Of a DNA stretch of 64,000 bases, positions 60,301 through 64,000 are shown in pieces. A program made the position numbers and the translations under genes. The DNA is taken from positions 566,353 to 630,352 of the forward strand of contig JAKMXF010000055.1 of NCBI GenBank assembly GCA_024704765.1, in the 5' to 3' direction. Position 1 is the stretch's first letter. Each line of letters opens with the position of its first letter. The notes under the pieces were generated by a model. The model was not told the origin of the DNA and made no database searches. It worked only from the letters and a program-made list of their open reading frames with translations. The stretch is from Oopsacas minuta. Lineage: Eukaryota; Animalia; Porifera.

Positions 60301-62709
60301 TCTTTTTCCGTAGGTACCAAGTTTTGGTACCTTGGTTGTGGGGTCAGGACTCCCAAGGTTTGGTGGACAAGTCCGTACTTTTTGTGAAATGTACATAAAT
60401 GGAGCAGCGACTTCTCATGGTGGACCCCAAGCCTGATTTTGTTAACAATAACTTAATGCAACCATATCCGTACATTCAAAATTATTCTATCCTACACTTA
60501 CAATTTGCGACATGGCCTGTCAGTTCCATGGAGTATGTTAAACATTTGATATTGCGAAAGGTTTGATTACATACTTGTCTTTTCTTCCCCACTGATAATT
60601 AGACTAGTATTGCGAGTTTAGAAGCAACTATTCCTTGACAAAATGAAGACTCTGAGATGAACAAATGATAAAGTGAATGTTATTTTTTCAATTCATTAAT
60701 ACTCCCGTCAGCGATTCCCAAACGGATCCAAGAACACTAATGCGGTTCACGGATGACCGCAGAACGCCCATAGGACCTCAAAGTTTGTATTGAAATATAC
60801 TTGAGCCCATAGAATGTGATATAATTGGTAGAGAGCTACACAGGTGAAAATCCTAGGAACAGCTGCACTACTCTATAACTAGACTACGTTTGTAAGATAT
60901 AGTAAACTCGCCGTATGAAAAAGCAGGGATACCTTACCAGTAAAATTTTAAAGTAATTGATTTACTCTACATATAAATAAATCAAACCGAATGCGAGGTA
61001 TTTCGTTATAACGTTAGTTTACTTACGAAATTAGGATATGCAAGCGGGCGTAGAATAAGTACCGTATTCCCCTCGGGCGCATATTAATATAGGAGCATAC
61101 CCGAGAACATAGTCAGGTATAGAGTTTAATGATATTTCATTATGGGGCTGCTAACCATGGGGCAATTTAGTGAAATACAGTATTCATAAGATACATTACT
61201 GATATTAGACGAATATCCACAAAGAAATATTTGTCCCATGGGCCAAAACCCCTCAATTCCTTAAGCCACTTAATTTGTCATTCATTTTTCGAATAAATCT
61301 TTTACTACAAGTGGCTAGATAAAATGGCCATATCTGGTAAATATCACTTCTTTGAGACTGCACCAAAGTTAATTGCAAAGAACAATTTCCCTAACTATTT
61401 GAATGACCAATGTGATTTCTTTGAAAATATCAGATTCTCTATTAACTTGAATGATGGAAAAAACACCTTACATCACTCAAACAAGGCAACTGTTCAGATT
61501 CATATTTTGGAAATTAAGGCTTCACGAAATAAACATGATTGGGACAGAACTTACATAGAAAATACGTAAGTATATAAATTAACGCTCCATGAAATTGCAT
61601 CGATATTTTGAAAGTTGCGTGAATTTATGCGTAAATCACCTATATTTCGGAATTATTAAGGTGATGATTATAATAACTGTAACTTGTGAGTATAGTTAAC
61701 TCCTCAAAATCGGGACACATCGGTTCTAGCCATTTTCTCGTGATTAAGCGGAGTCCCCAATTAACCGAGATTTTCCAAAAACAATACTAAATAGCAAAAC
61801 TACTGTATCTTTTCCTTCTAAGAGTCATATAAAACATAGTAACACTTATTTAGTTAATACATCCAACGAACAAATTTTAAAATTTTCGGATCGTTTAGTT
61901 CACTACATAAATCATGCTAATAACAATGGCTGGTATAAAGAATTTGATATGGACAATTTAATCACAAATATTAATCTAAATTTTATACATGTACCTGGCT
62001 TACTAGAATTTCCAAACTAAAGTGAAATTTCTTCTTGATTGAGTCACAAATTCACACTCGATTACCAGAGGTTGTCTCAATTAACCGAAATTTAATAGGG
62101 TTTCAAACAGAGGGGGGCGCCCTAGGATTCGCCCCCCACCCAGAAATCCTAATAAAGGTGTAATGACAGCACTACCAATATGCATGATACAATTTACATG
62201 AGAAAGTGTTCTCAATAGGTTCTGATAATAGTACTGAATTTTGCATAATCAAAACTCGGCAATTTTAATTCTTATCCATGATGGGAAGTGGAATAAAAAA
62301 AGATATTTTCTATAGTCGTGTTTAAAACAAAAGAAATGCATACTTCAGGTATCCTTGACTGATGCAGACAGAGTGGCACTATAGGTGTCTTGGCGGATAA
62401 CTATATAGCTATAAACTTAGAATAATTCTTTCAGACCCCATGTCGGCCAGATCGTATCATTAAACATCAGCTATTGCGTGATTTATACATATACAGGTAA
62501 ACCTCCGAGATTTGACATCATCGGGAGAATAATTTGTGCGGTAAAACAGAGGTTGCCGTATCACAAAGTTTCCCTTTATAAACGCTTAATATATATACTA
62601 TTTTAGGACCGAAATATCAGATGCTACCAATATTAATAATAACTAACAGATATCAAAAACCGATTTACTGAGAAGCAGGCTTTGGCATAGAGATTCCATT
62701 TCTATTGTA

Positions 62710-63623
62710 CAGTCCGGAGACAAAAGTATTCGAACACACAAATATATTGTCATAAATTGTATGCTCTTTCCCGCTCCTATATATTATGTAGTCTATATTC
62801 GTAGCTGCTATCCAGTAAAATGTATAGAATAACATATGTTTTTCAAGAATTTCAAAAAAATATTTTCAATTCGCTCTTCTTGAAGGTGTTAATTATGAAT
62901 AATTGTAAGATAATAATTGATATTCAAAATATGTGGTAATTCAAAGCCTATTAAGAATCTATAATTTCTGACTTGATATTTGAATTCTACGTAGGCGAGT
63001 TACCCCAGATTGAAATTTCCAATGGGATTGAACGATTTTTACCAGAGGTATGGATGAATTTCAATTTGTGCCATTTCTGCCACATTTTGCCCAAGGTGGC
63101 ACAAGTGGCCGCTACCAAGAGGTTATTATGTAATTCAAGGGTTAACATAGTCATATCATTAGAAAATATTACTTCGACTTATTCCTCCTAACCCTAGTTG
63201 ATTTCCTTGTAGAGGCGCTTTTCCTGCTACCTGTGCCACTTTTTTCAAAAAGTGGCACAAGTGGGACAAATTGAAATTTCTTCTATAACTTTGCTAAAAT
63301 TGTCCAATTCGATTGGAAATTTCAATCAGGGGTAACTCGCCTACGTAGAATTCAAATATCAAGTCAAAAATTATAGATTCTTAATAGGCTTTGAATCACC
63401 ATACATTTTATTATCAACAATTATCCAATAATTATTAATAATTAATACCTTCAAAAAGTGTAAATCGAAATATTTTTTTAAAATTCTTGAAAAACATATG
63501 TTATTCTATACAAATTACTAGATAGCAGCTACGAATATAGACTACACAATATATAGGAGCGGGAAAGAGTATACAATTTATGACAATATATTTGTGTGTT
63601 CGAATATTTTTGTTCCCTAACTG
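62710..63623. mobile_element. Foldback-type MITE, copy 2 (core inverted relative to 8669-9574)
   Basis: TA|CAGTCCGGAGACAAAAGTATTCGAACAC at the left end and GTGTTCGAATATTTTTGTTCCCTAACTG|TA at the right; same arms and core as copy 1. Confidence 0.9.
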
Positions 63624-64000
63624 TATATAGTCTATATGTACATAAAGTTTAAATTAATTAAAAGAAAGATATCTTGCCAAGCAGTCTTAAGAAGAACACT
63701 TAGTTTCCTAAAATTATTCAATCAGATAATATGGAGTTCAAGTGTAGAGGTTTAATCCTCAATTGTGAAAACTTATCCATGGATGGTATGACTATGTGGG
63801 ATATATACAAAATATCAGATGATTACCCCTTCTGAAGGTGTCCTATCTCAGGGTTAAAGAAATGTAATTATATAGGAAATCAATTGGTGGAATAGGATTG
63901 TGCCTTATATGGCAGAGTTGCCGGTTAGGGAGGTTTAATTGTATACATTAAAGAAACAAAATTTAAATTTAGATTAATATATTTCATAGATGCAACATTT

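Noticed and set aside
60340-60430. Integrase-like FHKKYGLVHQ-TPQ on the minus strand
   Set aside because: The flanking DNG and NG-AER catalytic motifs are missing and no other LTR-element domain is nearby.
61690-62090. pogo-like terminal hairpin fragments (AATCGGGACAC, CCAATTAACCGA)
   Set aside because: Probably a decayed MITE, but no consistent pair of ends could be set.
5941-62160. Scattered short G/C-rich motifs (~5941, ~10115, ~11165, ~14380, ~56505, ~58690, ~62110) resembling hAT-type MITE ends
   Set aside because: They could not be paired into elements with TSDs, so none is reported as a feature.
62973-63191. 72-aa ORF
   Set aside because: It lies inside a non-coding palindromic MITE and starts at an alternative codon; no protein motif recognised.
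1-64000. CRISPR array, rRNA, tRNA or prokaryotic operon
   Set aside because: No regularly spaced direct repeats and no rRNA or tRNA signatures; the only tRNA-related sequence is the retrotransposon PBS. Spliceosomal-type introns and the TE content indicate a eukaryote.

Overview
AT-rich eukaryotic (almost certainly invertebrate animal) DNA. It is essentially a transposon graveyard: no intact protein-coding gene, rRNA, tRNA or CRISPR array is visible. Recognisable components are five mariner copies, two Tc1-like elements, a Tigger/pogo, hAT elements (two Buster/Charlie-type plus dimerisation-domain relics), a PIF/Harbinger, three Chapaev3-type elements, P-element-like and THAP fragments, a Ty3/Gypsy relic with a tRNA-iMet primer site, palindromic MITEs, faint LINE and Helitron relics, and two candidate host exons on the minus strand. 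The standout is a complete 3,107-bp Transib/RAG1-like element at 28756-31862. It has a perfect 5-bp TSD (TGTTG) and both ends start with the exact V(D)J RSS heptamer CACAGTG. The two ends share an inner 13-bp block (ATGGGGAAATAGG) set 7 bp from the heptamer at one end and 16 bp at the other, an RSS-like spacer asymmetry. Its disrupted transposase keeps the D-D-E triad and the C2H2 zinc ligands. By eye it also carries an N-terminal segment that aligns with the RAG1 nonamer-binding domain. No RAG2-like gene is present. A roughly 99% identical partial copy lies at 4466-5647. Other points of interest: two near-identical Chapaev3 copies in inverted orientation whose empty sites can be rebuilt exactly, and a pogo-type TIR element that carries a HIRAN-like ORF instead of a transposase. 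All protein-family assignments are by-eye motif recognition against remembered family sequences and need profile searches to confirm.
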